A stretch of DNA of 59,762 nt, filler included, from Sphacelaria rigidula (GCA_964200075.2; 6 parts of 6 records of this genome joined end to end with filler, not necessarily neighbours in it), one strand, 5' to 3'; shown: positions 1-12,986, counted from the first letter of the whole stretch. Made by a program: numbers and translations. The notes: generated by a model from the sequence alone, not told the origin.

Positions 1-3000
1 TCCGACCCACCCACAGCCACCCCACCCCCGTGGCGCGACACTCCCCCCCCCCCCCCCCCCCCCCCCCCCCCGTGCGCTTTCTACCCAACACCCGATGCTC
101 GGTGTCCAGATCACACGAGGCCTTTGTCGCTGTAACGCGCTCCTCCGTGGCTCAAAGAGGTGGGACATCATCGGGTAGCCATGAAAATATACTTGACTAC
201 CAACAAACGTCCAAACTCCACATAAACAGCATGGCGTCCACCAGAACACGAGGCACGGTCGCATCCCCGGTACACCTCGACAGCTGCGTTACATTGTTGT
301 CTCGTCGGCCGGGGACGCACAAGTAACTGCTACCTCATAGCAAACCAACTTCCTGATGTTAATCCCATTGATGTAGATAGGTGTGAGAGACTATGTTCAC
401 CAGTACACAGCAGATCTGTCTCAAGTCTATTTCGCTGATTCTGTCTCTGCCTCTCTCTCTCTCTGACCCCATCAACCGACGACACCTACGTTTTGTTCAC
501 GAGGCCTTAAAAGACTATACCGTAGGGCATCAGCATTGCGGGGGGGCATGTTCGCACCTCTAAAAGATTGGACTCTCGTACGAACAAGATGCTGGGGCGG
601 CGAATATCATTCTTGTCACCGCGAACGCCGCTGCCGCCGCTTCCACTAGAAAGGAGCTCATCTTTTCGACGCCCTTGCGACGACGGATCGAATATTCCGA
701 GCGGTTGAGAAGGACGCGCCAGCCACTTGCCCGAGGGTTCCCTATAGCCCGCTTCGCCCATGTACCTAAGTTGTATCGGTCACGAAAAACTTTTCGATTG
801 GGTTTCTCAATGGTCGTCTGAATTTCTCCAAAACGGGAGTGGTCTTACAGGTGGGTTCGCACTCTTGTGAGGGTAAATGCACTCCATGCTGACGACAACC
901 TTGGAGTGAAAACGTAGATAGAGGGCTAACACTGGCGAGATCAAGCGGTACGCTTCACCTTCCTTGTGACTCTAGTCGGTCAAGAACTCCGAGCTTGTGT
1001 AAACACTCCAGACCATGAGTCCATATTCCCGTGCCAGGATTTGGTTTCCTCGCGCCAGCCTGTCCCTCGCAGATCATCGACGATTCACCGCTTGATCTCT
1101 CTCCCAGAGCTAGCGTAACGCGCACCCCAATACGCCCCAGGCATGCTGCTGTGGCGAGTCCTATGTTATTAATATTTAGCGTTTCATTGCAGCTAAGTCA
1201 TCACTTCATCACGAACCTCCAGATATACCCAAGTGCACCACCCGGACGTTTTTGCGTCGGCCCTCATACCATGCGCTTTGAATGCCGTCTGCATCCGCAG
1301 CTCTGATGTAATCACTGCACGGGGTTTTTAGCCTACAAAATGACGACCATCCTTTACCGCTGCTGTCTTATATGGCTCTTGTACTATGAAACCACTGCAG
1401 CGAATGCAAACCGAGGGCCAAAACTGTGTTACTGAAATGACCTGGAAAATGTGTAATGAGTGGATTGCAATATGTGGGGGACCTGATCTGAAAGAATTTC
1501 ACGCCCCACGAGGATTACCTCATATCAAAATATCATTGATGTATTTACCGCAGCTGCAATTCAAGTCACATCTCCGAATACTCGATCAGGCGTTGACTGA
1601 CCGAATAGTGCTGCATGTTAGGCCCGTTCATATCGAAGAAATGTTTTTTCGGAGAAGTCCTGGAATTCCAGAGAGCTCCAAACAATCCATTACTATCGAG
1701 TTCTACCGGTGCTGTTGGATATCTCATCACGAACATATTGTTTATCTCGTCATTGGCTTGCCTTCGCCGGCATAACGAAGGACGGGATGTTGCTGCCTGC
1801 CCGTGTATGGCGTTCAAAACTACCTGAACATCTTTCGGAAAGGCAAGGGCACGATCGATCGGCCCTTCCGGAATGCAGCAGCAGCAGCACACACAAATAA
1901 AAATACCGACTGTAGAAAGCTCAGAGCAAAGTTGGCAACATGCTTGCTTTCTGCCGGTTGTGTGGGCGGACACACCCGCCAGACCAACAATATAGACTTC
2001 ACAGACGGTGCGGCAGCGTACACTCGTAGCATCACAGCAGGCAAGCACGTCGCTATCGGAGTGTTTCTGCTCTTCACTCCAAAGATATTTATGCCCGCAG
2101 ATGGCTATCACCGTGCTTGACCCCAACAGGTCAACCACCGCTGCCGACGCACACGCTGTCTAAGAATATTGACCTCGCCAACCCGCGGTGCTCTTTACTC
2201 TGCGACATGGCTCAGGGTATCACTGGCAAGGTTCCTGATGGCTCTCGCACGCTTGCGAGCGCCGCAACGTGTTCGCAGGGCAGCTCTGCAAAGTGTTGCG
2301 CTGCAGTCCGAGGTGTTTAGACTTTACTTAAACGTGAACTTCGGAGAAAAAATCAAGCTGCTTCAGTTTCGGAGAACGCTGAACGCCGGGTCTGAAAACA
2401 CCAAACATGTCAGAAATCTCCGAAAAAACAGGGTCAACAATAGTGGGCCATAACATTCTCTACTTACCTTAGAGAAGGGTGTACACGATTCGAGGTGATG
2501 GGTTTTTTGGGCCCAAGAACTCAGCACGCGGAGATAGTATCTATCTAGGGGATAATGAAGTACGTACCCCAATACAGTCACGACAAGTATTCCACGGACG
2601 CATTCGCCACGTTTGCGGACACCGGAATGGTGCTAAAAATAGCCGAAACCTGACCAGCGGGGGGTGCTACTCAGGGGATGTGGTACTGTTGTGCTACGAA
2701 CCCGTGTTGTTCACCGTCACCTGCGATATGAAAATAAGTGCATACCTGCCACTCCTCCCCCTACAACAAGAGCTGTTCTGACAGGGCCGGTGGGCCTGCT
2801 GCTGCTGCTGCCGCCGCCATCGTCCATCTTACTTCGTACGTCACGAACACCTATGCCGTTGCTGCTGTCATCACCAGGCGCGGCCGCGGTAGAGGCTAGA
2901 CCCCTTCCCTTCCCTGGTGGTGCTATTCCACAGGCGTATCTTGGCTGCCGTTGCAACCACAACCGTGCTGAGCGACCCGCCAAAACGGGTCGCCGCAGAC

Positions 3001-5255
3001 CCTGCAGCCGCGCCATCACTGCTCTTGGTTTGCTCTAAAGCAGCCAGTAATGAATCTGCAAGGCAGAAGCCAAAAGCACACAAGCGTTTGCTTTGACTGC
3101 AAAGTACGGTCCTATTGTAGCTCTAGTGCATGACAACGTACAACTCCCGTGGCTGGTGGGTTTTCGATTCGATTATCTCGAGGCAGGCTGCTGAACTCCG
3201 GAGAGGCGTGTTATCGGGAGGTTTTGAATAAAAAACATATACTGTCACAGCTTTCGACGATGCACCCCAACGCAACTTTCGTATCGAATAGATAAAGTCA
3301 TAAGAACTCATGATCCGGAGAGATTAGTTATGTGAGTACTATCCTACGTCATTTACATTGTTTTCTCAGCAACAGTAGTATACTACAGTAGTGCATAACA
3401 GTACGAGTAACACGCACGTGCTGAAGCCTCAGTCTGTCCTGTGGATTTTGCTTGACTCCAAGGAAGCAACGAAGCATGCCAGGGGAAAACCACACAGAGA
3501 AGGCAAATGCGAGAGCGGGGTGAGCTTCCCAAAAGAGTAGAGGACACAGCCGAGGGCATTGAAAGAAGCTGCGATGGTGTGGCCCGTACCAAGCCGGTAC
3601 CGGCGGGACTGTCCGCGGGACTGTTATCTAGAGAACTCTAACGTCATTTGTCATGTTCCAAATTTACCTCACCGCTAATCCCGCCGCATCTTGGTGGGGC
3701 AAGCTGTGTCTACGGCATATAGAAGAGCTGTTCAGCACAAGACGCCAACGCGTGCACTGTACCTGCAAGTCTACTCTTCTTCTGGTGTCTGCAAGGTTTG
3801 ACAACGAGTTTTCTTTGAAAGAAGGTACTTTCTACCCATGTCGTTGTCTGATTTTGTCTGGTGCCTCTCCTGGCCATGTAAAACTGATTGTGATCACCAT
3901 GTGTTGGCGGACGGCCGACGGTGCAGATAACGCCGCAAGCTCGAGTCCCTTGACAGGGTTGGAAATGCACTCTCAGCACATATCATTTACCGAGAATTAA
4001 CTGTCAGATTGGTTCCGATAAACCAACGTGCAGCAGCGTGGCCGCTGCCGACTTCGCGAACATCGCAGTTTAGAAACATGTATAGGGGGTGTTATCCCCC
4101 GTCATTTTGACCGCTGCTCTGTGGGCAGTCTCGGATGGCTATGGTGTACAGTCAGTGCAACTCAGTAATACCCTATGATATGTGACAGCACCGGTACTCA
4201 ACTAGGTAAAAGCCGGATTGGCATGCGTGTTGGCCTGTTTCTAGCGTGGAGTTATTTGGAGTCGTCCCCACAATGTGTTGTTGTATGTTCAATCCTACAT
4301 GAGTGTGTGGAATATGCGAGATTGATCGCTCCAACTTCATGACTCATGACAGTACCGCGTATTTTCTATTTCGAGAGGAGTGTGTACACAGTACGGCAAT
4401 AACATCCTCAATCAGTGCGATATCATTTAGATGGGCTGTTGGCGTGCACCTAGCGTCGTTAACCCCTCCTGATAGAACAACGTAGACAGACAGTACATGA
4501 AGTCCAGGTGCAGCACAAGTGGGGAAGCTTCAGCTCAGGTTGATGGCTGACGCCGAATATCTTGAACGTACGCACCTAGTGAGAGCAGATAAGGCGTCGA
4601 GTCTTGCGCACGCGCAACTACAGCACATGGCAGCACCGGCATGGGCTTTCAATCCCTCTTGCCGATGTCATGACAATGAGGCATTAGCGTTCGTAACAGC
4701 TGTAAAATGAAGTGCGGTACTCTACAGCAGGACTAACCCAGTAGTTTTTTTCCTTGTGTTACCTTCAATCCCCCCCCCTTCCTCGGCACGAGTCTGTGTT
4801 CTCGAGGGATCAACCTGTCTCTCCCCCGGTATTTTTTGTATCGCCCACTGGACTAGCTCTCCCGCATCGGGTCGACCGTCGCCAGACGATTCAAATTACA
4901 CAGACTCGCTTTGCTACTCACGTCCCCACGTGGTCAAGGACGGACATCAGATACTTACGATAAAAGGGGCCAAACTCGACGCATCTGGCGGAGATCGAAC
5001 ACTTTTTTTTCCCGCCTGGTTGTATCAGTTGTAGCATTTGACCGCCGAGGCGCAGCAGCATGGTGCAAAAGTATGCAAGTACCTGAAAACTACCATGATG
5101 CAGAGTAGTCTCCTCGTCCCTTCTTCCTTATTGTAGCATAAGGATATGTAGCACCACTTCAGCACTGCCCGCAACCTCACGGTTGTGCTGCCTGAAACCT
5201 GACACACAAGGCGCCCACACTGACACACCGCAACGCCATATCAACTGCAGGTACC

Positions 5256-8229
5256 ATGGGGAAACTGAAGACAACAGCTGCCGGCAGCGCTACGGACGAC
5301 AGAATGAGGAACAAGCGAAGAGCAGAAGATGTAGACGGTGATGGTGTCAAGGTTAGCAAGTACGAAGACCAGGCTCCGGAGCAGGCGAAGACGTTCATGC
5401 AGCACGATTTTGGTTTGGACCGGAGGCTCATCAAGGCGGTCGCGAAGATGGGCTTCGTGTACCCTACTCTTGTGCAGAGCCAGTGCATTCCTCTCGCGCT
5501 CAAGGGGAAAGATCTGTTGGTACGTTTATTTTGCTTCGCTTTGGTGATTCGTAGGAGTCGCTACATTGCGTTGGGGGCGGGGAGTAGCTGGAGTAGATTA
5601 AACTTCGTAAGAGTAGAGTGCGGACGTGCACCACAGATTGCCGATATAGGCACACAGCAGAGTACAGGGGAAAAGACATGAAACCCTTGTAGCTCAGTTT
5701 CCCGCGCCATGTGAAGTCATTGAATCGATGTATTTGAATTTCACAAACACGCGGGGGAGAGGGAGCGGGGGGGGGGGGGGGGTCAAACCACCCGTTCGCC
5801 AAGTTGCAGGTGTATGGGAAAAATGAAAGGAAGCAAGGTTCTGGCATTTGTGCAGCTGGTCGACACCGACCGTAGAAAGACAGAAAATACGCAAAGGAGA
5901 GGCAGGGGGAATTCCTCGGGAGACGACCTTGATGCACGCTCGAGAGAGTACCGTGTGCGTTCTCCTTTCATCGTAGAGTGACATATTTCATCAACTCGTT
6001 ATTAAAGGAGGCAACTATGTTGTTTTATTTTTGTTGTCAAGTCCAACCTGTTGTCACTCACGTACAATGCAGCCTTGTCTGCAAAGCGTGGGTCCGCGTT
6101 TTTTTTGCTCGACACACCCGTATTATTTTGTCCAACTCTGCATCCTTTGTTTCCTCTGATCACAATAAGTATGCCTTGTACTGCCAAAGAGATGTTTCTT
6201 ATAGTCCATGTACTTCGTATGTCACTTTGTGGACTGTTCGTGACTCTTGTTCAATAATGAATACCACGTTTCTTGATAACATATATTAGTAGTGCCACAA
6301 GATAGAGCTTACCATAGCTTGCCATAGTGCATGTTGCAGATCTTTACAGAAAGGTGCCGTTCTTAACATGCGTTACCCACTCATGTTGAGATCAACCGTT
6401 GCGCGAAGCAATTATGCTGCACATTCGACCCGAAACGCAAGCAACATATTTGACCATTAGATATTCGTCACGAAGGACCCATGGAGAACGACGCGACATG
6501 TAGATATTCCCATGTGGTGAGGGAAAAACTTGCGTCATTCCGTCAAAAAAAAACTCGCTGCCGTTGTCCGAAACACAGGTAAGGGCAAGGACAGGGTCCG
6601 GAAAGACGGCCGCCTTCGCGCTCCCCCTCCTCCAGAAGATTCTGAGACGGAAAGAGGCGGAGCCGGAGCTACCGCGAGGTGTTCGCGCTGTGGTTCTCGT
6701 CCCAACAAGGGAGTTATGCGAGCAGGTAGGACATGATGAAAATATTTTGAATGCGAAGAGGATAATATGCCAAACCCTCGTGTGCGAGCTGTGTCTAGAA
6801 AATCAAACCAGTCGATGATCTGTAGCACATGCATAGTCTTGACAACAAATATAAGTGCTGAAGATTAGTGTTGAAAATTTTACCAAGATCAAGAGTTTTA
6901 TACATGAGTTCCGCGGGACTAAAATGGCATGGAAATGAATGATACGGCCTTAAAATTTACTGGCTGGAAAAATAGTACTGAAGAAGTATTCTACAACTCC
7001 AGAGGCAGGAGGACGTAGGGATGTGGTACTCACAAACAAGATGGTTGAATTTCCGTCTTGTACTGCAGGGCTGTTCCCAGTCGGTAACTTTAAGACGGTG
7101 CCTCATTTGGTAACGTCAAGACCTTCTGACGGTCAGAACATGGGTTTGTCTCGGTAAAGTGAGACTATGTGGTTTTTTCTCGCGTCATGCCCGACAATGG
7201 AGAAAGACAAGGTTGTGAGTGAACAAAAACCAATCGACGAAGGAGAGGGACCGTCGGAAACCTTTGGGAGATGAGCCATGCTACAGTAGGAGTGCACTTT
7301 TTGCGCGAAATTTTGTCTGGTTCAGGGGCTAACGATTCTAGATGCACAAGAGTATGGGTCAGGGCATCCCCGTCCGCAACTTCAGTCGGGATATCCCCAG
7401 CACATTCAATTAGTAACCCTGGCGTACACTCGCATATTTTCGTAAGTCGTGTTTTGGATGAGATCAAGGACTCCTAACAAGTTTAACCTCAGAAAATATT
7501 TGTGCATCCCTACCGTAGCATCACTCCGATATTAAAATGGAAGACAGGCACCGCAAAAAAAAAGTGAAGTGCTGTAAAACAAAGTAAAAATCTCCTGTGT
7601 TTACCTTACTCCTGAGTGATGCTACGGTAGGGGTGCACAAATATTTCCTGAGGTTTTAATTGTTAGGAGCCCTTTGTCTCATGCAAAATGCGACCTATGA
7701 AAATGTGTGAGAGTACGCCAGGATTACTACTCCAATGTGCTGGGGATATCCCGGAATAATGTGCAAACGGGGATGTCCTGACCCATATTTTTTTGCGTCT
7801 TGGATCGTTAGGAGCCCCTGAACTAGACATAAATTCGCGAAAAAAGTGCACCCCTACCGTAGCATTGCTCTCCTGTGTGAACCCAGCTGATGCGCCCACA
7901 CAGACCGAAAGGTGTAGGCTGGCGTCCAGAATAAATGATGAGAAGGCAATACATACACGCACACGTACACGCTAACGTCTAAGACCGATTAACAGAAGCA
8001 CCCCCCGCTCCAATTGGATATTGTATTTGGTATTATTGAAACACAGGCGAGGGCCCATTTGTCGGAGCTCATGCACTACTGCAGGGACTGCGTGTCTCTG
8101 CTGGCTCTGGTGGATGACAACATGCCAGCCCAGCAGGCAGCCTTGCGCGATCGCGCCGACATACTGGTAGCGACCCCCGCTAGACTCGTGGCGCACTTGC
8201 AGGCCGGAAATGTGGAGCTGAAGGAAACG
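5256..8229 (+). CDS. DDX56: DEAD-box RNA helicase DDX56/Dbp9, first three coding exons (5256-5519, 6579-6725, 8047-8229); the rest of the gene lies beyond the contig end
   Basis: Exon 1 carries the Q-motif ([37 protein letters not shown]). Exon 2 carries motif I (ARTGSGKT) and Ia ([11 protein letters not shown]). Exon 3 carries motif Ib ([10 protein letters not shown]). All joins are GT-AG and phase 0 (TTG|gtacgt, acacag|GTA, CAG|gtagga, acacag|GCG, ACG|gtaaaa). The GLDxRL...[16 protein letters not shown] string is typical of the DDX56/Dbp9 subfamily. Confidence 0.88.
7273..7526 (+). mobile_element. Non-autonomous MITE (Sola2-like), copy 1, in DDX56 intron 2
   Basis: ~25-bp TIRs GAGCCATGCTACAGTAGGAGTGCAC ... 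GTGCATCCCTACCGTAGCATCACTC. GAG...CTC termini; flanks AGAT/CGAT form an imperfect 4-bp TSD. Confidence 0.7.
7614..7870 (-). mobile_element. Non-autonomous MITE (Sola2-like), copy 2, inverted relative to copy 1
   Basis: TIRs GAGTGATGCTACGGTAGGGGTGCAC ... GTGCACCCCTACCGTAGCATTGCTC, with a perfect 4-bp TSD TCCT (7610-7613 and 7871-7874). The interior is a reverse-complement homolog of 7273-7526. Confidence 0.75.
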
Positions 8230-8559
8230 GTAAAAAAATCATCTGTGTGTGTGTGTGTGTTAAAAAGCGGTCGAGTGTGTATTTTAGTCCCTCTATGAAA
8301 GGGAGAATGGTCGTCTTTTATTTTAAAATTGACGCTCATGGAGTGATCCCACGGTAGTTATCCACTTTTGAGTCCACAAGTTATCTGAGACTGCACACCA
8401 AGACCTAGATGTTTGTCATCGAGAGGCTCGTGAAGTGCAGAGCCTCAGAAAAAAACGTGCGCCCGTACCGTAAAACAATTCTATGTTCGCGCGTGTGGTA
8501 TTTTTTTGCTCATCAACATGATTTTTTGTCGTGTTCTTACGTCTACATATATCTTCTAT

Positions 8560-8790
8560 ACGATATGATAGACTTATACATGGAGTTTAATAATGGTTCC
8601 ACTCAACTTAAGATATCTTCGATAAGTGATGAATTCGAACTGACAGAAGCCGAGTGTTTTATCCGAAAAAAATCCATGTCTCGCCTCCAGTACACTCCCT
8701 ATACATAGTTCGGTACGTCGCGGGTTGGATGGACATTTCCCCATCGTGCCGATATCTTTGCTAAGCCACTTAACGGGCGCTTTCATCTCA
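8560..8790 (+). pseudogene. Short Copia-like pol relic (integrase and RNase H fragments)
   Basis: Translation gives ...LQYTPYT* and ADIFAKPL, which resembles the Copia RNase H end motif ADIFTKPL. Very degenerate. Confidence 0.3.
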
Positions 8791-8829
8791 TCATGTAAGG
8801 AATGGTGGGGACATTACTGGAAAGGCGAG

Positions 8830-8883
8830 CCTACGTCTGTGACCACGGGTCCGAGAGATCAGGCTAATATACGGAAGTATTAA
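8830..8883 (+). repeat. Dispersed repeat, probable non-LTR retroelement 3' end
   Basis: CTACGTCTGTGACCACGGGTCCGAGAGATCAGGCTAATATACGGAA matches 19959-20005 on another contig, where it is followed by an (AAT)n tail. Confidence 0.5.
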
Positions 8884-9757
8884 CAGTACATCGTTATCAT
8901 TGTTATTTATCATTTGTTATTACTTTATTTTATTTTTATTATTACCATTAGTTTCAAATTATAATAATAAATGAATAACAACAGCAATTACAACTACGTT
9001 CACAGTTGCAACAACAACAACTGCTCATGTTTTCAACCACGGATATCAAATACTTGAAAAGGAAGAACACTAGGCATCTTGGGACATTCGAACCCCACAT
9101 GTTCCGCTGTAACGGGCCTCAGCTGCACCATTTTAATTTAGGCCACCGGAACTTGATCCCGCAAAAAACACTCTGCGAGTGTCCTATATGTGAAGTATGT
9201 CGTGTTTCACCTCGATCGTGTATTCCCGTTCTTCGAGCGTTCCACTGGCTATTTCGGTTGGATCGGCGACCAAAATGAACATTTTTCACGTAGAGAGATG
9301 ATGATTCACAGCCTTGAAAATTGATGTTCAGATATTCGTTCAGCAGGTGGACCGTAGTCCCCACCCACTCCCCCAAAAATGGAAATATTTCCGCACTTTT
9401 GGGGGTACGTGTAGGTATTTTACTCTCGATCAAGATGGCGAGCTTTTTGAGACTGCCGGTTGAACCCAGTAAAGGCTCAAAATTATCCTCACTACTACTG
9501 TATAGTAGAGCCAACCCCATGTAAGAGGCGAGGTCTTCAGGTTTTTATTCGAGCACCACGAGCACAAAAATATGTGTAGGCAAAGTTTAGGTTTCATAAT
9601 TAGGTGCGAATTCTAACACGCATTATTTATCAGGAAAATATGACCGACGAGTGTTTCATGTTTCATAGTTCAGTGCAACAAGATCTGTGATATTCCCCAT
9701 TTATCATGCTGCCATCTGAGACAGGCCGCTGTATTGAAAATAGAATTGTCGGGTGCA

Positions 9758-9798
9758 GAGCAATGCTACGGTAGGGGTGCACTTTTTTCGCAAAATTA
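9758..9798 (+). mobile_element. Isolated end of the same Sola2-like MITE family
   Basis: GAGCAATGCTACGGTAGGGGTGCACTTTTTTCGC is the reverse complement of the right end of the 7614-7870 copy. It is truncated by an (ATT)n tract. Confidence 0.65.
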
Positions 9799-9878
9799 TT
9801 ATTATTATTATTTATGTCCCCACAGGACAGGAAGGAACCTTAAACCATGCACTTCGCTATTTTTCGTTTCGTGCAGCG

Positions 9879-9978
9879 NNNNNNNNNNNNNNNNNNNNNN
9901 NNNNNNNNNNNNNNNNNNNNNNTTAATTAATTAANNNNNNNNNNNNNNNNNNNNNNNNNNNNNNNNNNNNNNNNNNNN
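9879..9978. other. Artificial contig linker
   Basis: N44-TTAATTAATTAA-N44, a six-frame stop linker. Confidence 0.98.
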
Positions 9979-10004
9979 TACGTCAATGCACGTACGTCAC
10001 CTCG

Positions 10005-10204
10005 AAAAAATCGGGGGAGTCACGATCTCGGAACGGTTTTCCCCGATTTCTCGGCAAAAATCGGGGAAAACCGTTCCGAGATCGTGACCCCCGATTTTTT
10101 CGGCCCCCATGTGGCCCAAATCGGTGTCCATAAAATGCGTTCCCCGATTTTTTTTCCCCCGATTTTGAAAAAATCAAGATTCGTGCTTGTCATAAAAGTG
10201 GGTC
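10005..10204. mobile_element. Partial foldback MITE with a near-perfect internal hairpin
   Basis: AAAAAATCGGGGGAGTCACGATCTCGGAACGGTTTTCCCCGATTT pairs with AAATCGGGGAAAACCGTTCCGAGATCGTGACCCCCGATTTTTT. The right end AAATCAAGATTCGTG...AAAAGTGGGTC matches the TIR of the element at 17827-18137. Confidence 0.6.
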
Positions 10205-11466
10205 TTACATGCACAACAGCATAGCGACAACTACAGCAGCTTAGAAATGATGGGTGTGGGAAGCGCCTTGTTCGTTTGACGGAAGATGAAACAGCCAACA
10301 CACAACAGTGTGCAGACAGCACTGCGTGCCGACAAACATATGTTTCCTCGTTTTCTGTAAATACGAAGGCAATGACAATAAGGCAGCTGACGCAATCCCA
10401 GCGGAGACCAAACAGTCTTCGCAAAGGTCCAACACACCACAGCGCGGTGACAGCTACAGCACATGAGAGAGGGCGTGAGGGTGTTTGTGCTGCAGCACGG
10501 TAAAACAGCACGCGTTCCACGTGATGATAGTTCTTCCCCTCATTTCAGACGGTTCCTCAATTTTTGCCGAGTGCCGAATTTTAAACGCTCGGCCATGATC
10601 GCGATTCGCGCGAAAATCTTTCAATTCACTTCGAGTTACCCTTTTCTGTGGGAGGTGAGCCAAAATAATACACAAACGACCAACACACATGATATCACAG
10701 CGGTGAGATTGTCACCCTCACCAACCCCTGCGATGGGTGGTAGCAATGGTGTGGTGGGGGTATCCGTCTCTTCAACATTACTAAGCTCGACAAAACTCGT
10801 GGCTGAAGGATACACGGAGGTCGAAACAGGCGCACCCGGCTCGCTTAACCATGCAAAATGTCCGTGCAGACCTACTGGCTGAACTTGATTCCATTCTCTG
10901 TTCTGCCAAGCACAAACGCCCTTGTAGTGTCCTCTGCCTGCAAAAGTCATCGTCTTAACTCTCGCGAGACTGTCAGCGAACCAAATCTCGAAAGTTAAAA
11001 CCACGGCGTTTAAACGTTCGGAAGATCAACTGTTCCGAAATGCATCCGCCATTCCCCCTGGATTGATATCTCCAGGGCTTGCTGTATATATTACACCTAT
11101 TACTCTGTAGCGAGTGAGGGAGCATGGTCGTCGACGTGGTAATCGAGTTGCCGCGTGCACCCCAGCGGTGGACGCAACAGATCTGAAGATATATATCGAC
11201 CGATAACACGTGCTACATCATACACTCGCCATACCTGAGCTGTTTCGTTTCTCGATACAACTGGCTGGCAGAGCTGGACGAATTCTGACTGGACTGTCCC
11301 TGGGAATCTGTCTGCTCATACCATGCCTAGTATGCATCATGTGCAAAGGACTTGCAATCTTGTCGCCTGGTCCCCAGCAGTAGATGTACCCACAGTTTCT
11401 CCACAATAGTTGCAGCACTACTAGTACGCCTGAATACAACCTGGAGCTCAAGTACACTACGGCGAT

Positions 11467-12228
11467 CTACTGCTTATAGCGCACCGTTGCAACTGGAAGG
11501 ACGCCTGTCGTGTATGTGGGACGATTCACTTCGTAATACTGATGCTCCGTTGTACCGTTTGTACTATACTTTCGTCTGTGCTCATCACCGCGGCAGGTAG
11601 CAGGAGCACACAACAGCGAACTACAGGCGACCCCACCATCAACGCCCCGGTCCTCTCTCCCAACACACGCAATACCCACCTCATTGGTGTTGGCTGTACG
11701 CACTCCATCATTAGTCATGGTAGCGCTTGGAAGGACCCACTTCGCACTATCCCGACACCCTTTCCTCCTCCCAATCGCCCACGCTTGATTAACATGTCCA
11801 ATGCCATATCCACCGCCGCCGCCATTGCCACGCAATAGCAGTCTTTGACCTAAACGTTCCTCCACCCGAGCCACCGCCGTCAAGGCTACCGATAACCGAA
11901 ACGTGGCGGTTCTACTACCACCACTACCGAGCCAAGAATCTTGATTTTTCTTCTGCCATTGGAGCGGGGTGTGGGCGCGCATACCGCAGGCAAAACCGCC
12001 ATGCTGTGGCGGCAGCTGGTTATGCAGTGCATGCGGTTCCGGCGGTCGGTTACCAAGACTTGTGTCAAAGTTCAAGACCTTGCAGTACAGGTTTAACCGG
12101 AGCAGTACGGGGGGTGCCGGAGCGAAGGCGCGTACTAGAGTTGCTGATAATGAAGTCGCTAGGATAGTGAGGGTATCGAGGAGAATTCGGCGTTTCCTTC
12201 GCCGCGGCGGGGACGCTCGCGGCATCAT
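11467..12228 (-). CDS. Probable first exon of a secreted or plastid-targeted protein of unknown function (3' exon boundary uncertain)
   Basis: Long ORF beginning MMPRASPPRRRKRRILLDTLTILATSLSATLVRA^FAPAPP: a hydrophobic signal peptide followed by an ASAFAP-like cleavage motif typical of heterokont bipartite plastid targeting. A possible donor GAG|gtgggt lies near 11680. Confidence 0.35.
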   Translation of the reverse strand: MMPRASPPRRRKRRILLDTLTILATSLSATLVRAFAPAPPVLLRLNLYCKVLNFDTSLGNRPPEPHALHNQLPPQHGGFACGMRAHTPLQWQKKNQDSWLGSGGSRTATFRLSVALTAVARVEERLGQRLLLRGNGGGGGYGIGHVNQAWAIGRRKGCRDSAKWVLPSATMTNDGVRTANTNEVGIACVGREDRGVDGGVACSSLLCAPATCRGDEHRRKYSTNGTTEHQYYEVNRPTYTTGVLPVATVRYKQ

Positions 12229-12851
12229 GAGCTTGCCTAGCTGTTGGCTCCACTCGCGAAGGCGAGGCAAGGCGGAGTGATCTAGATATAGGAGAACAAC
12301 CACTTGCTCAGACCCGTGTGTCAACTATAAAGTCAGACTTGCATTAGTTAAATATATCGCCCCCCCCCCAACCCCCAGCCAGTCGTCCCTGTCCTCTATT
12401 GCTTCCATACTTGATTTATGAAATATTTGCTGATAGTTTCAGCTGCTAGTTACCCCTGGATGGCACGCAGTAGGTACGTCCGCATCACAGTAGGGATTGT
12501 TTGGGTATAAAGTGAACGCACCCTTTTTATTGTTCAATTCGGCAGTAGTATACCTTTTCCATTATTCCTCACAACGGGACGCAGAGAGCACAAAAAAAAA
12601 ATCTCTTCCACTTTTTCAGTCGCGTCGAGTCGGTTCAAGGGGAGCGACCAGGAGACCACGAAAGGCCCCTCACTGTACTACCTTTCGTACAGTGCGGTAC
12701 TGTTGACAGTGCTGTCTGTCTGCATGGCTAGTACACCAGCGGGGGGCAGCGAGCATCATCGAAAACTCGGTGTCAGGGCGCTAGGACAAGGACGCTCAAA
12801 GATCTACTGTTCCTCCGGTCTCGCTCTCCAAGAGAGTATACTGCTGGAGTA

Positions 12852-12986
12852 ATGACACCCGATCGACAGCACGATCCGAGCGGTGGCGGCGCAAATGACG
12901 TTGGCCCTGTTGCCTCAGAGCCTGCGGGGATTATGGTGGGCAAGTATCGTCTGGGGGAGATAATCGGAAACGGACTCAGCAGCGAG
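12852..12986 (+). CDS. Probable first coding exon of a Ser/Thr protein kinase
   Basis: ...VGKYRLGEIIGNGLSSE resembles kinase subdomain I (Y-x-L-G-x-x-I-G-x-G-x-x-S-x-V) and ends at a canonical donor GAG|gtgaga. Downstream exons were not found in this contig. Confidence 0.5.

Noticed and set aside
9923-9934. Recurrent palindrome TTAATTAATTAA about every 10 kb
   Set aside because: It always sits within 44+44 Ns, so it is an assembly linker and not biology.
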